DNA from: the human T2T-CHM13v2.0 reference genome, Homo sapiens
NCBI RefSeq assembly: GCF_009914755.1
Contig: NC_060935.1
Strand: one strand, 5' to 3'
DNA length: 64,000 nt
The notes below the pieces were generated by a model. That model was not told the origin of the DNA, ran no database searches, and was given only the letters and a program-made list of their open reading frames with translations. Within the stretch, counting starts at the first letter, position 1. Each line of letters starts with the position of its first letter. Position numbers and translations under genes: made by a program. Below, in pieces: positions 1-13,566 of the stretch.

Positions 1-39
1 TGGAAACGGGTTCATCTTCACAGAAAAACTAAACAGAAG

Positions 40-209
40 CATTCTCAAAAACTACTTTGTGATGTTTGTGTTCCACTTCAAGAATTGAACTTTCCTCTTG
101 ACAGAGCAGCTCTGAAACCCTCTTTTTCTAGAATCTGCAAGTGGACATTTGGAGGGCTTTGAGGCCTGTGGTGGAAAAGGAAAATCTTCACATAAAAACT
201 AGATGGAAG
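40..209 (+). repeat. A-type alphoid monomer (170 bp, W4-like), no CENP-B box, carries the XbaI site
   Basis: The box-equivalent position reads ctgtggtggaaaaggaaaa (A-box/pJ-alpha-like); TCTAGA at 127-132. The W label is inferred from the B-B-B-A-A order. Confidence 0.8.
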
Positions 210-380
210 CATTCTCAGAAACTACTTTGTGATGATTGCATTCGACTCACAGAGTTGAACATTCCTATAGATAGAGCAGGTTGTAAACAATCTTTTTCTA
301 GAATCTGCGATTGGAGATTTGGACTGCTTTGAGGCCTACTGTAGTAAAGGAAATAACTTCATCTAAAAACCAAACGGAAG
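210..380 (+). repeat. A-type alphoid monomer (171 bp, W5-like), no CENP-B box
   Basis: The box-equivalent position reads ctactgtagtaaaggaaa. The W label is inferred from order. Confidence 0.8.
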
Positions 381-548
381 CATTCACAGACAATTCTTAG
401 TGATCATTGGATTGAACTAACACAGCTGAACATTCCTTTAGATGGAGCAGTTTCCAAACACACTTTCTGTAGAATCTGCAAGTGGATATTTGGACCACTC
501 TGAGGATTTCGTTGGAAACGGGATAAACTTCCCAGAACTACACGGAAG
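381..548 (+). repeat. B-type alphoid monomer (168 bp, W1-like) with intact CENP-B box
   Basis: Shortest monomer, shortened just after the box (gggataaacttcccagaactacacgg); box at 507-523. Confidence 0.8.
507..523 (+). other. CENP-B box (first of two per HOR; recurs every 850 bp)
   Basis: TTTCGTTGGAAACGGGA matches the consensus YTTCGTTGGAARCGGGA exactly. Confidence 0.97.
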
Positions 549-718
549 CATTCTGAGAAACTTCTTTGTGATGTTTGCATTCAACTCACAGAGTTGAACC
601 TTGCTTTCATAGTTCAGCTTTCAAACACTCTTTTTGTAGAATCTGCAAGTGGATATTTGGACCACTTTGTGGCCTTCCTTCGAAACGGGTATATCTTCAC
701 ATCAAACCTAGACAGAAG
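549..718 (+). repeat. B-type alphoid monomer (170 bp, W2-like) with degenerate CENP-B box
   Basis: The box position 674-690 reads CTTCCTTCGAAACGGGT. Confidence 0.8.
674..690 (+). other. Degenerate, predicted non-binding CENP-B box (fixed in all HORs)
   Basis: CTTCCTTCGAAACGGGT: the essential G at position 5 is C (TTCC instead of TTCG). Confidence 0.85.
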
Positions 719-889
719 CATTCTCAGAATGTTTCCTGTGATGACTGCATTCAACTCACAGAGGTGAACAATCCTGCTGATGGAGCAGTTTTGAAACTCT
801 CTTTCTTTGGATTCTGCAAGTGGATATGTGGACCTCTGTGAAGATTTCGTTGGAAACGGGTTCATCTTCACAGAAAAACTAAACAGAAG
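719..889 (+). repeat. B-type alphoid monomer (171 bp, W3-like) with intact CENP-B box
   Basis: Box at 845-861. Confidence 0.8.
845..861 (+). other. CENP-B box (second of two per HOR; recurs every 850 bp)
   Basis: TTTCGTTGGAAACGGGT keeps all nine essential bases of NTTCGNNNNANNCGGGN. Confidence 0.95.
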
Positions 890-3800
890 CATTCTCAGAA
901 ACTGCTTTGTGATGTTTGTGTTCCACTTCAGGAATTGAACTTTCCTCTTGACAGAGCAGCTCTGAAACCCTCTTATTCTAGAATCTGCAAGTGGACATTT
1001 GGAGGGCTTTGAGGCCTGTGGTGGAAAAGGAAAATCTTCACATAAAAACTAGATGGAAGCATTCTCAGAAACTACTTTGTGATGATGGCTTTCGACTCAC
1101 AGAGTTGAACATTCCTATAGATAGAGCAGGTTGTAAACAATCTTTTTGTAGAATCTGCGATTGGAGATTTGGACTGCTTTGAGGCCTACTGTAGTAAAGG
1201 AAATAACTTCATCTAAAAACCAAACGGAAGCATTCACAGACAATACTTAGTGATCATTGGATTGAGCTAACAGAGCTGAACATTCCTTTAGATGGAGCAG
1301 TTTCCAAACACACTTTCTGTAGAATCTGCAAGTGGATATTTGGACTTCTCTGAGGATTTCGTTGGAAACGGGATAAAATTCCCAGAACTACACGGAAGCA
1401 TTCTGAGAAACTTCTTTGTAATGTTTGCATTCAACTCACAGAGTTGAACCTTGCTTTCATAGTTCAGCTTTCAAACACTCTTTTTGTACAATCTGCAAGT
1501 GGATATTTGGACCACTTTGTGGCCTTCCTTCGAAACGGGTATATCTTCATATCAAACCTAGACAGAAGCATTCTCAGAATGTTTCCTGTGATGACTGCAT
1601 TCAACTCACAGAGGTGAACAATCCTGCTGATGGAGCAGTTTTGAAACTCTCTTTCTTTGGATTCTGCAAGTGGATATGTGGACCTCTGTGAAGATTTCGT
1701 TGGAAACGGGTTCATCTTCACAGAAAAACTAAACAGGAGCATTCTCAGAAAGTGCTTTGTGATGTTTGTGTTCCACTTCAGGAATTGAACTTTCCTCTTG
1801 ACAGAGCAGCTCTGAAACCCTCTTTTTCTAGAATCTGCAAGTGGACATTTGGAGGGCTTTGAGGCCTGTGGTGGAAAAGGAAAATCTTCACATAAAAACT
1901 AGATGGAAGCATTCTCAGAAACTACTTTGTGATGATTGCATTCGACTCACAGAGTTGAACATTCCTATAGATAGAGCAGGTTGTAAACAATCTTTTTGTA
2001 GAATCTGCGATTGGAGATTTGGACTGCTTTGAGGCCTACTGTAGTAGAGGAAATAACTTCATCTAAAAACCAAACGGAAGCATTCACAGACAATTCTTAG
2101 TGATCATTGCATTGAACTAACAGAGCTGAACATTCCTTTAGATGGAGCAGTTTCCAAACACACTTTCTGTAGAATCTGCAAGTGGATATTTGGACTTCTC
2201 TGAGGATTTCGTTGGAAACGGGATAAACTTCCCAGAACTACACGGAAGCATTCTGAGAAACTTCTTTGTGATGTTTGCATTCAACTCACAGAGTTGAACC
2301 TTGCTTTCATAGTTCAGCTTTCAAACACTCTTTTTGTAGAATCTGCAAGTGGATATTTGGACCACTTTGTGGCCTTCCTTCGAAACGGGTATATCTTCAC
2401 ATCAAACCTAGACAGAAGCATTCTCAGAATGTTTCCTGTGATGACTGCATTCAACTCACAGAGGTGAACAATCCTGTTGATGGAGCAGTTTTGAAACTCT
2501 CTTTCTTTGGATTCTGCAAGTTGATATGTGGACCTCTGTGAAGATTTCGTTGGAAACGGGTTCATCTTCACAGAAAAACTAAACAGAATCATTCTCAGAA
2601 ACTGCTTTGTGATGTTTGTGTTCCACTTCAAGAATTGAACTTTCCTCTTGACAGAGCAGCTCTGAAACCCTCTTTTTCTAGAATCTGCAAGTGGACATTT
2701 GGAGGGCTTTGAGGTCTGTGGTGGAAAAGGAAAATCTTCACATAAAAACTAGATGGAAGCATTCTCAGAAACTACTTTGTGATGATTGCATTCGACTCAC
2801 AGAGTTGAACATTCCTATAGATAGAGCAGGTTGTAAACAATCTTTTTGTAGAATCTGCGATTGGAGATTTGGACTGCTTTGAGGCCTACTGTAGTAAAGG
2901 AAATAACTTCATCTAAAAACCAAACGGAAGCATTCACAGACAATTCTTAGTGATCATTGCATTGAACTAACAGAGCTGAACATTCCTTTAGATGGAGCAG
3001 TTTCCAAACACACTTTCTGTAGAATCTGCAAGTGGATATTTGGACTTCTCTGAGGATTTCGTTGGAAACGGGATAAACTTCCCAGAACTACACGGAAGCA
3101 TTGTGAGAAACTTCTTTGTGATGTTTGCATTCAACTCACAGAGTTGAACCTTGCTTTCATAGTTCAGCTTTCAAACACTCTTTTTGTAGAATCTGCAAGT
3201 GCATATTTGGACCACTTTGTGGCCTTCCTTCGAAACGGGTATATCTTCACATCAAACCTAGACAGAAGCATTCTCAGAATGTTTCCTGTGAAGACTGCAT
3301 TCAACTCACAGAGATGAACAATCCTGTTGATGGAGCACTTTGGAAACTCTCTTTCTTGGGATTCTGCAAGTTGATATGTGGACCTCTGGGAAGATTTCTT
3401 TGGAAACGTGTTCATCTTCACAGAAAAACTAAACAGAAGCATTCTCCAAAACTACTTTGTGATGTTTGTGTTCCACTTCAAGAATTGAACTTTCCTCTTG
3501 ACAGAGCAGCTCTGAAAACCTCTTTTTCTAGAATCTGCAAGTGGACATTTGGAGGGCTTTGAGGCCTGTGGTGGAAAAGGAAAATCTTCACATAAAAACT
3601 AGATGGAAGCATTCTCAGAAACTACTTTGTGATGATTGCATTCGACTCACAGAGTTGAACATTCCTATAGATAGAGCAGGTTGTAAACAATCTTTTTGTA
3701 GAATCTGCGATTGGAGATTTGGACTGCTTTGAGGCCTACTGTAGTAGAGGAAATAACTTCATCTAAAAACCAAACGGAAGCATTCACAGACAATTCTTAG

Positions 3801-6800
3801 TGATCATTGCATTGAACTAACAGAGCTGAACATTCCTTTAGATGGCGCAGTTTCCAAACACACTTTCTGTAGAATCTGCAAGTGGATATTTGGACCTCTC
3901 TGAGGATTTCGTTAGAAACGGGATAAACTTCCCAGAACTACACGGAAGCATGCTGAGAAACTTCTTTGTGATGTTTGCATTCAACTCACAGAGTTGAACC
4001 TTGCTTTCATAGTTCAGCTTTCAAACACTCTTTTTGTAGAATCTGCAAGTGGATATTTGGACCACTTTGTGGCCTTCCTTCGAAACGGGTATATCTTCAC
4101 ATCAAACCTAGACAGAAGCATTCTCAGAATGTTTCCTGTGATGACTGCATTCAACTCACAGAGGTGAACAATCCTGCTGATGGAGCAATTTTGAAACTCT
4201 CTTTCTTTGGATTCTGCAAGTGGATATGTGGACCTCTGTGAAGATTTCGTTGGAAACGGGTTCATCTTCACAGAAAAACTAAACAGAAGCATTCTCAGAA
4301 ACTGCTTTGTGATGTTTGTGTTCCACTTCAGGAATTGAACTTTCCTCTTGACAGAGCAGCTCTGAAACCCTCTTATTCTAGAATCTGCAAGTGGACATTT
4401 GGAGGGCTTTGAGGCCTGTGGTGGAAAAGGAAAATCTTCACATAAAAACTAGATGGAAGCATTCTCAGAAACTACTTTGTGATGATTGCATTCGACTCAC
4501 AGAGTTGAACATTCCTATAGATAGAGCAGGTTGTAAACAATCTTTTTGTAGAATCTGCGATTGGAGATTTGGACTGCTTTGAGTCCTACTGTAGTAAAGG
4601 AAATAACTTCATCTAAAAACCAAACGGAAGCATTCACAGACAATTCTTAGTGATCATTGCATTGAACTAACAGAGCTGAACATTCCTTTAGATGGAGCAG
4701 TTTCCAAACACACTTTCTGTAGAACCTGCAAGTGGATATTTGGACCTCTCTGAGGATTTCGTTGGAAACGGGATAAACTTCCCAGAACTACACGGAAGCA
4801 TTGTGAGAAACTTCTTTGTGATGTTTGCATTCAACTCACAGAGTTGAACCTTGCTTTCATAGTTCAGCTTTCAAACACTCTTTTTGTACAATCTGCAAGT
4901 GGATATTTGGAACACTTTGTGGCCTTCCTTCGAAACGGGTATATCTTCACATGAAACCTAGACAGAAGCATTCTCAGAATGTTTCCTGTGATGACTGCAT
5001 TCAACTCACAGAGGTGAACAATCCTGCTGATGGAGCAGTTTTGAAACTCTCTTTCTTTGGATTCTGCAAGTGGATATGTGGACCTCTGTGAAGATTTCGT
5101 TGGAAACGGGTTCATCTTCACAGAAAAACTAAACAGAAACATTCTCACAAACTGCTTTGTGATGTTTGTGTTCCACTTCAGGAATTGAACTTTCCTCTTG
5201 ACAGAGCAGCTCTGAAACCCTCTTATTCTAGAATCTGCAAGTGGACATTTGGAGGGCTTTGAGGCCTGTGGTGGAAAAGGAAAATCTTCACATAAAAACT
5301 AGATGGAAGCATTCTCAGAAACTACTTTGTGATGATTGCATTCGACTCACAGATTTGAACATTCCTATAGATAGAGCAGGTTGTAAACAATCTTTTTGTA
5401 GAATCTGCGATTGGAGATTTGGACTGCTTTGAGGCCTACTGTAGTAAAGGAAATAACTTCATCTAAAAACCAAACGGAAGCATTCACAGACAATTCTTAG
5501 TGATCATTGGATTGAACTAACAGAGCTGAACATTCCTTTAGATGGCGCAGTTTCCGAACACACTTTCTGTAGAATCTGCAAGTGGATATTTGGACTTCTC
5601 TGAGGATTTCGTTGGAAACGGGATAAACTTCCCAGAACTACACGGAAGCATTGTGAGAAACTTCTTTGTGATGTTTGCATTCAACTCACAGAGTTGAACC
5701 TTGCTTTCATAGTTCAGCTTTCAAACACTCTTTTTGTAGAATCTGCAAGTGGATATTTGGACCACTTTTTGGGCTTCCTTCGAAACGGGTATATCTTCAC
5801 ATCAAACCTAGACAGAAACATTCTCAGAATGTTTCCTGTGATGACTGCATTCAACTCACAGAGGTGAACAATCCTGCTGATGGAGCAGTTTTGAAACTCT
5901 CTTTCTTTGGATTCTGCAAGTGGATATGTGGACCTCTGTGAAGATTTCGTTGGAAACGGGTTCATCTTCACAGAAAAACTAAACAGGAGCATTCTCAGAA
6001 ACTGCTTTGTGATGTTTGTGTTCCACTTCAAGAATTGAACTTTCCTCTTGACAGAGCAGCTCTGAAACCCTATTTTTCTAGAATATGCAAGTGGACATTT
6101 GGAGGGCTTTGAGGCCTGTGGTGGAAAAGGAAAATCTTCACATAAAAACTAGATGGAAGCATTCTCAGAAACTACTTTGTGATGATTGCATTCGACGCAC
6201 AGAGTTGAACATTCCTATAGATAGAGCAGGTTGTAAACAATCTTTTTGTAGAATCTGCGATTGGAGATTTGGACTGCTTTGAGGCCTACTGTAGTAAAGG
6301 AAATAACTTCATCTAAAAACCAAACGGAAGCATTCACAGACAATTCTTAGTGATCATTGGATTGAACTAACAGAGCTGAACATTCCTTTAGATGGAGCAG
6401 TTTCCAAACCCACTTTCTGTAGAATCTTCAAGTGGATATTTGGACTTCTCTGAGGATTTCGTTGGAAACGGGATAAACTTCCCAGAACTACACGGAAGCA
6501 TTGTGAGAAACTTCTTTGTGATGTTTGCATTCAACTCACAGAGTTGAACCTTGCTTTCATAGTTCAGCTTTCAAACACTCTTTTTGTAGAATCTGCAAGT
6601 GGATATTTGGACCACTTTGTGGCCTTCCTTCGAAACGGGTATATCTTCCCATCAAACCTAGACAGAAGCATTCTCAGAATGTTTCCTGTGATGACTGCAT
6701 TCAACTCACAGAGGTGAACAATCCTGTTGATGGAGCAGTTTTGAAACTCTCTTTCTTTGGATTCTGCAAGTTGATATGTGGACCTCTGTGAAGATTTCGT

Positions 6801-7445
6801 TGGAAACGGGTTCATCTTCACAGAAAAACTAAACAGAAGCATTCTCTGAAACTACTTTGTGATGTTTGTGTTCCACTTCTAGAATTGAACTTTCCTCTTG
6901 ACAGAGCAGCTCTGAAACCCTCTTTTTCTAGAATCTGCAAGTGGACATTTGGAGGGCTTTGAGGCCTGTGGTGGAAAAGGAAAATCTTCACATAAAAACT
7001 AGATGGAAGCATTCTCAGAAACTACTTTGTGATGATTGCATTCGACTCACAGAGTTGAACATTCCTATAGATAGAGCAGGTTGTAAACAATCTTTTTGTA
7101 GAATCTGCGATTGGAGATTTGGACTGCTTTGAGGCCTACTGTAGTAAAGGAAATAACTTCATCTAAAAACCAAACGGAAGCATTCACAGACAATTCTTAG
7201 TGATCATTGCATTGAACTAACAGAGCTGAACATTCCTTTAGATGGCGCAGTTTCCAAACACACTTTCTGTAGAATCTGCAAGTGGATATTTGGACCTCTC
7301 TGAGGATTTCGTTGGAAACGGGATAAACTTCCCAGAACTACACGGAAGCATGCTGAGAAACTTCTTTGTGATGTTTGCATTCAACTCACAGAGTTGAACC
7401 TTGCTTTCATAGTTCAGCTTTCAAACACTCTTTTTGTAGAATCTA

Positions 7446-10400
7446 CAAGTGGATATTTGGACCACTTTGTGGCCTTCCTTCGAAACGGGTATATCTTCAC
7501 ATCAAACCTAGACAGAAGCATTCTCAGAATGTTTCCTGTGATGACTGCATTCAACTCACAGAGGTGAACAATCCTGCTGATGGAGCAATTTTGAAACTCT
7601 CTTTCTTTGGATTCTGCAAGTGGATATGTGGACCTCTGTGAAGATTTCGTTGGAAACGGGTTCATCTTCACAGAAAAACTAAACAGAAGCATTCTCAGAA
7701 ACTGCTTTGTGATGTTTGTGTTCCACTTCAGGAATTGAACTTTCCTCTTGACAGAGCAGCTCTGAAACCCTCTTATTCTAGAATCTGCAAGTGGACATTT
7801 GGAGGGCTTTGAGGCCTGTGGTGGAAAAGGAAAATCTTCACATAAAAACTAGATGGAAGCATTCTCAGAAACTACTTTGTGATGATTGCATTCGACTCAC
7901 AGAGTTGAACATTCCTATAGATAGAGCAGGTTGTAAACAATCTTTTTGTAGAATCTGCGATTGGAGATTTGGACTGCTTTGAGGCCTACTGTAGTAAAGG
8001 AAATAACTTCATCTAAAAACCAAACGGAAGCATTCACAGACAATTCTTAGTGATCATTGCATTGAACTAACAGAGCTGAACATTCCTTTAGATGGCGCAG
8101 TTTCCAAACACACTTTCTGTAGAATCTGCAAGTGGATATTTGGACTTCTCTGAGGATTTCGTTGGAAACGGGATAAACTTCCCAGAACTACACGGAAGCA
8201 TTGTGAGAAACTTCTTTGTGATGTTTGCATTCAACTCACAGAGTTGAAACTTGCTTTCATAGTTCAGCTTTCAAACACTCTTTTTGTAGAATCTGCAAGT
8301 GGATATTTGGACCACTTTGTGGCCTTCCTTCGAAACGGGTATATCTTCACATCAAACCTAGACATAAGCATTCTCAGAATGTTTCCTGTGAAGACTGCAT
8401 TCAACTCACAGAGATGAACAATCCTGTTGATGGAGCACTTTGGAAACTCTCTTTCTTTGGATTCTGCAAGTTGATATGTGGACCTCTGTGAAGATTTCGT
8501 TGGAAACGGGTTCATCTTCACAGAAAAACTAAACAGAAGCATTCTCAAAAACTACTTTGTGATGTTTGTGTTCCACTTCAAGAATTGAACTTTCCTCTTG
8601 ACAGAGCAGTTCTGAAAACCTCTTTTTCTAGAATCTGCAAGTGGACATTTGGAGGGCTTTGAGGCCTGTGGTGGAAAAGGAAAATCTTCACATAAAAACT
8701 AGATGGAAGCATTCTCAGAAACTACTTTGTGATGATTGCATTCGACTCACAGAGTTGAACATTCCTATAGATAGAGCAGGTTGTAAACAATCTTTTTGTA
8801 GAATCTGCGATTGGAGATTCGGACTGCTTTGAGGCCTACTGTAGTAAAGGAAATAACTTCATCTAAAAACCAAACGGAAGCATTCACAGACAATTCTTAG
8901 TGATCATTGCATTGAACTAACAGAGCTGAACATTCCTTTACATGGCGCAGTTTCCAAACACACTTTCTGTAGAATCTGCAAGTGGATATTTGGACCTCTC
9001 TGAGGATTTCGTTGGAAACGGGATAAACTTCCCAGAACTACACGGAAGCATGCTGAGAAACTTCTTTGTGATGTTTGCATTCAACTCACAGAGTTGAACC
9101 TTGCTTTCATAGTTCAGCTTTCAAACACTTTTTTTGTAGAATCTGCAAGTGGATATTTGGACCACTTTGTGGCCTTCCTTCGAAACGGGTATATCTTCAC
9201 ATCAAACCTAGACAGAAGCATTCTCAGAATGTTTCCTGTGATGACTGCATTCAACTCACAGAGGTGAACAATCCTGCTGATGGAGGAGTTTTGAAACTCT
9301 CTTTCTTTGGATTCTGCAAGTGGATATGTGGACCTCTGTGAAGATTTCGTTGGAAACGGGTTCATCTTCACAGAAAAACTAAACAGAAGCATTCTCAGAA
9401 ACTGCTTTGTGATGTTTGTGTTCCACTTCAGGAATTGAACTTTCCTCTTGACAGAGCAGCTCTGAAACCCTCTTATTCTAGAATCTGCAAGTGGACATTT
9501 GGAGGGCTTTGAGGCCTGTGGTGGAAAAGGAAAATCTTCACATAAAAACTAGATGGAAGCATTCTCAGAAACTACTTTGTGATGATTGCATTCGACTCAC
9601 AGAGTTGAACATTCCTATAGATAGAGCAGGTTGTAAACAATCTTTTTCTAGAATCTGCGATTGGAGATTTGGACTGCTTTGAGGCCTACTGTAGTAAAGG
9701 AAATAACTTCATCTAAAAACCAAACGGAAGCATTCACAGACAATTCTCAGTGATCATTGGATTGAACTAACAGAGCTGAACATTCCTTTAGATGGAGCAG
9801 TTTCCAAACAAACTTTCTGTAGAATCTGCAAGTGGATATTTGGACTTCTCTGAGAATTTCGTTGGAAAAGGGATAAACTTCCCAGAACTACACGGAAGCA
9901 TTGTGAGAAACTTCTTTGTGATGTTTGCATTCAACTCACAGAGTTGAACCTTGCTTTCATAGTTCAGCTTTCAAACACTCTTTTTGTAGAATCTGCAAGT
10001 GGATATTTGGACCACTTTGTGGCCTTCCTTCGAAACGGGTATATCTTCACATCAAACCTAGACAGAAGCATTCTCAGAATGTTTCCTGTGATGACTGCAT
10101 TCAACTCACAGAGGTGAACAATCCTGCTGATGGAGCAGTTTTGAAACTCTCTTTCTTTGGATTCTGCATGTGGATATGTTGACCTCTGTGAAGATTTCGT
10201 TGGAAACGGGTTCATCTTCACAGAAAAACTAAACAGGAGCATTCTCAGAAACTGCTTTGTGATGTTTGTGTTCCACTTCAAGAATTGAACTTTCCTCTTG
10301 ACAGAGCAGCTCTGAAACCCTCTTTTTCTAGAATCTGCAAGTGGACATTTGGAAGGATTTGAGGCCTGTGGTGGAAAAGGAAAATCTTCACATAAAAACT

Positions 10401-13195
10401 AGATGGAAGCATTCTCAGAAACTACTTTGTGATGATTGCATTCGACGCACAGAGTTGAACATTCCTATAGAGAGAGCAGGTTGTAAACAATCTTTTTGTA
10501 GAATCTGCGATTGGAGATTTGGACTGCTTTGAGGCTTACTGTAGTAAAGGAAATAACTTCATCTAAAAACCAAACGGAAGCATTCACAGACAATTCTTAG
10601 TGATCATTGGATTGAGCTAACAGAGCTGAACATTCCTTTAGATGGAGCAGTTTCCAAACCCACTTTCTGTAGAATCTGCAAGTGGATATTTGTACTTCTC
10701 TGAGGATTTCGTTGGAAACGGGATAAACTTCCCAGAACTACACGGAAGCATTGTGAGAAACTTCTTTGTGATGTTTGCATTCAACTCACAGAGTTGAACC
10801 TTGCTTTCATAGTTCAGCTTTCAAACACTCTTTTTGTAGAATCTGCAAGTGGATATTTGGACCACTTTGTGGCCTTCCTTCGAAACGGGTATATCTTCAC
10901 ATCAAACCTAGACAGAAGCATTCTCAGAATGTTTCCTGTGATGACTGCATTCAACTCACAGAGGTGAACAATCCTGCTGATGGAGCAATTTTGAAACTCT
11001 CTTTCTTTGGATTCTGCAAGTGGATATGTGGACCTCTGTGAAGATTTCGTTGGAAACGGGTTCATCTTCACAGAAAAACTAAACAGAAGCATTCTCAGAA
11101 ACTGCTTTGTGATGTTTGTGTTCCACTTCAGGAATTGAACTTTCCTCTTGACAGAGCAGCTCTGAAACCCTCTTATTCTAGAATCTGCAAGTGGACATTT
11201 GGAGGGCTTTGAGGCCTGTGGTGGAAAAGGAAAATCTTCACATAAAAACTAGATGGAAGCATTCTCAGAAACTACTTTGTGATGATTGCATTCGACTCAC
11301 AGAGTTGAACATTCCTATAGATAGAGCAGGTTGTAAACAATCTTTTTGTAGAATCTGCGATTGGAGATTTGGACTGCTTTGAGGCCTACTGTAGTAAAGG
11401 AAATAACTTCATCTAAAAACCAAACGGAAGCATTCACAGACAATTCTTAGTGATCATTGCATTGAACTAACAGAGCTGAACATTCCTTTAGATGGCGCAG
11501 TTTCCAAACACACTTTCTGTAGAATCTGCAAGTGGATATTTGGACTTCTCTGAGGATTTCTTTGGAAACGGGATAAACTTCCCAGAACTACACGGAAGCA
11601 TTGTGAGAAACTTCTTTGTGATGTTTGCATTCAACTCACAGAGTTGAAACTTGCTTTCATAGTTCAGCTTTCAAACACTCTTTTTGTAGAATCTGCAAGT
11701 GGATATTTGGACCACTTTGTGGCCTTCCTTCGAAACGGGTATATCTTCACATCAAACCTAGACATAAGCATTCTCAGAATGTTTCCTGTGAAGACTGCAT
11801 TCAACTCACAGAGATGAACAATCCTGTTGATGGAGCACTTTGGAAACTCTCTTTCTTTGGATTCTGCAAGTTGATATGTGGACCTCTGTGAAGATTTCGT
11901 TGGAAACGGGTTCATCTTCACAGAAAAACTAAACAGAAGCATTCTCAAAAACTACTTTGTGATGTTTGTGTTCCACTTCAAGAATTGAACTTTCCTCTTG
12001 ACAGAGCAGTTCTGAAAACCTCTTTTTCTAGAATCTGCAAGTGGACATTTGGAGGGCTTTGAGGCCTGTGGTGGAAAAGGAAAATCTTCACATAAAAACT
12101 AGATGGAAGCATTCTCAGAAACTACTTTGTGATGATTGCATTCGACTCACAGAGTTGAACATTCCTATAGATAGAGCAGGTTGTAAACAATCTTTTTGTA
12201 GAATCTGCGATTGGAGATTCGGACTGCTTTGAGGCCTACTGTAGTAAAGGAAATAACTTCATCTAAAAACCAAACGGAAGCATTCACAGACAATTCTTAG
12301 TGATCATTGCATTGAACTAACAGAGCTGAACATTCCTTTACATGGCGCAGTTTCCAAACACACTTTCTGTAGAATCTGCAAGTGGATATTTGGACCTCTC
12401 TGAGGATTTCGTTGGAAACGGGATAAACTTCCCAGAACTACACGGAAGCATGCTGAGAAACTTCTTTGTGATGTTTGCATTCAACTCACAGAGTTGAACC
12501 TTGCTTTCATAGTTCAGCTTTCAAACACTTTTTTTGTAGAATCTGCAAGTGGATATTTGGACCACTTTGTGGCCTTCCTTCGAAACGGGTATATCTTCAC
12601 ATCAAACCTAGACAGAAGCATTCTCAGAATGTTTCCTGTGATGACTGCATTCAACTCACAGAGGTGAACAATCCTGCTGATGGAGGAGTTTTGAAACTCT
12701 CTTTCTTTGGATTCTGCAAGTGGATATGTGGACCTCTGTGAAGATTTCGTTGGAAACGGGTTCATCTTCACAGAAAAACTAAACAGAAGCATTCTCAGAA
12801 ACTGCTTTGTGATGTTTGTGTTCCACTTCAGGAATTGAACTTTCCTCTTGACAGAGCAGCTCTGAAACCCTCTTATTCTAGAATCTGCAAGTGGACATTT
12901 GGAGGGCTTTGAGGCCTGTGGTGGAAAAGGAAAATCTTCACATAAAAACTAGATGGAAGCATTCTCAGAAACTACTTTGTGATGATTGCATTCGACTCAC
13001 AGAGTTGAACATTCCTATAGATAGAGCAGGTTGTAAACAATCTTTTTCTAGAATCTGCTATTGGAGATTTGGACTGCTTTGAGGCCTACTGTAGTAAAGG
13101 AAATAACTTCATCTAAAAACCAAACGGAAGCATTCACAGACAATTCTCAGTGATCATTGGATTGAACTAACAGAGCTGAACATTCCTTTAGATGG
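7446..13195 (+). repeat. Partial tandem duplication with 4-HOR (3,400-bp) period
   Basis: Rare variants recur at +3,400: gagttgaaac 8241/11641, gacataagca 8361/11761, catggcgcag 8941/12341, tggaggagtt 9281/12681, caattctcag 9741/13141. Confidence 0.9.
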
Positions 13196-13566
13196 CGCAG
13201 TTTCCAAACACACTTTCTGTAGAATCTGCAAGTGGATATTTGGACTTCTCTGAGGATTTCGTTGGAAACGGGATAAACTTCCCAGAACTACACGGAAGCA
13301 TTGTGAGAAACTTCTTTGTGATGTTTGCATTCAACTCACAGAGTTGAACCTTGCTTTCATAGTTCAGCTTTCAAACACTCTTTTTGTAGAATCTGCAAGT
13401 GGATATTTGGACCACTTTGTGGCCTTCCTTCGAAACGGGTATATCTTCACATCAAACCTAGACAACAGCATTCTCAGAATGTTTCCTGTGATGACTGCAT
13501 TCAACTCACAGAGGTGAACAATCCTGCTGATGGAGCAGTTTTGAAACTCTCTTTCTTTGGATTCTA

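Larger units (their letters stand above)
40..889 (+). repeat. Representative single 850-bp HOR unit (five monomers)
   Basis: The monomer start motif (gaag)cattc recurs at 40, 210, 381, 549, 719 and 890; the sequence at 890 restarts that at 40. Confidence 0.97.

Noticed and set aside
3125-3562. Longest ORF (145 aa)
   Set aside because: Read-through caused by a private T>G at 3389 that removes the usual TGA; the translation is itself internally repetitive alphoid sequence.
3907-3923. CENP-B box variant TTTCGTTAGAAACGGGA (also near 54057, 57456, 59156, 63406)
   Set aside because: The change is at a non-essential N position, so it was not counted as a disruption.
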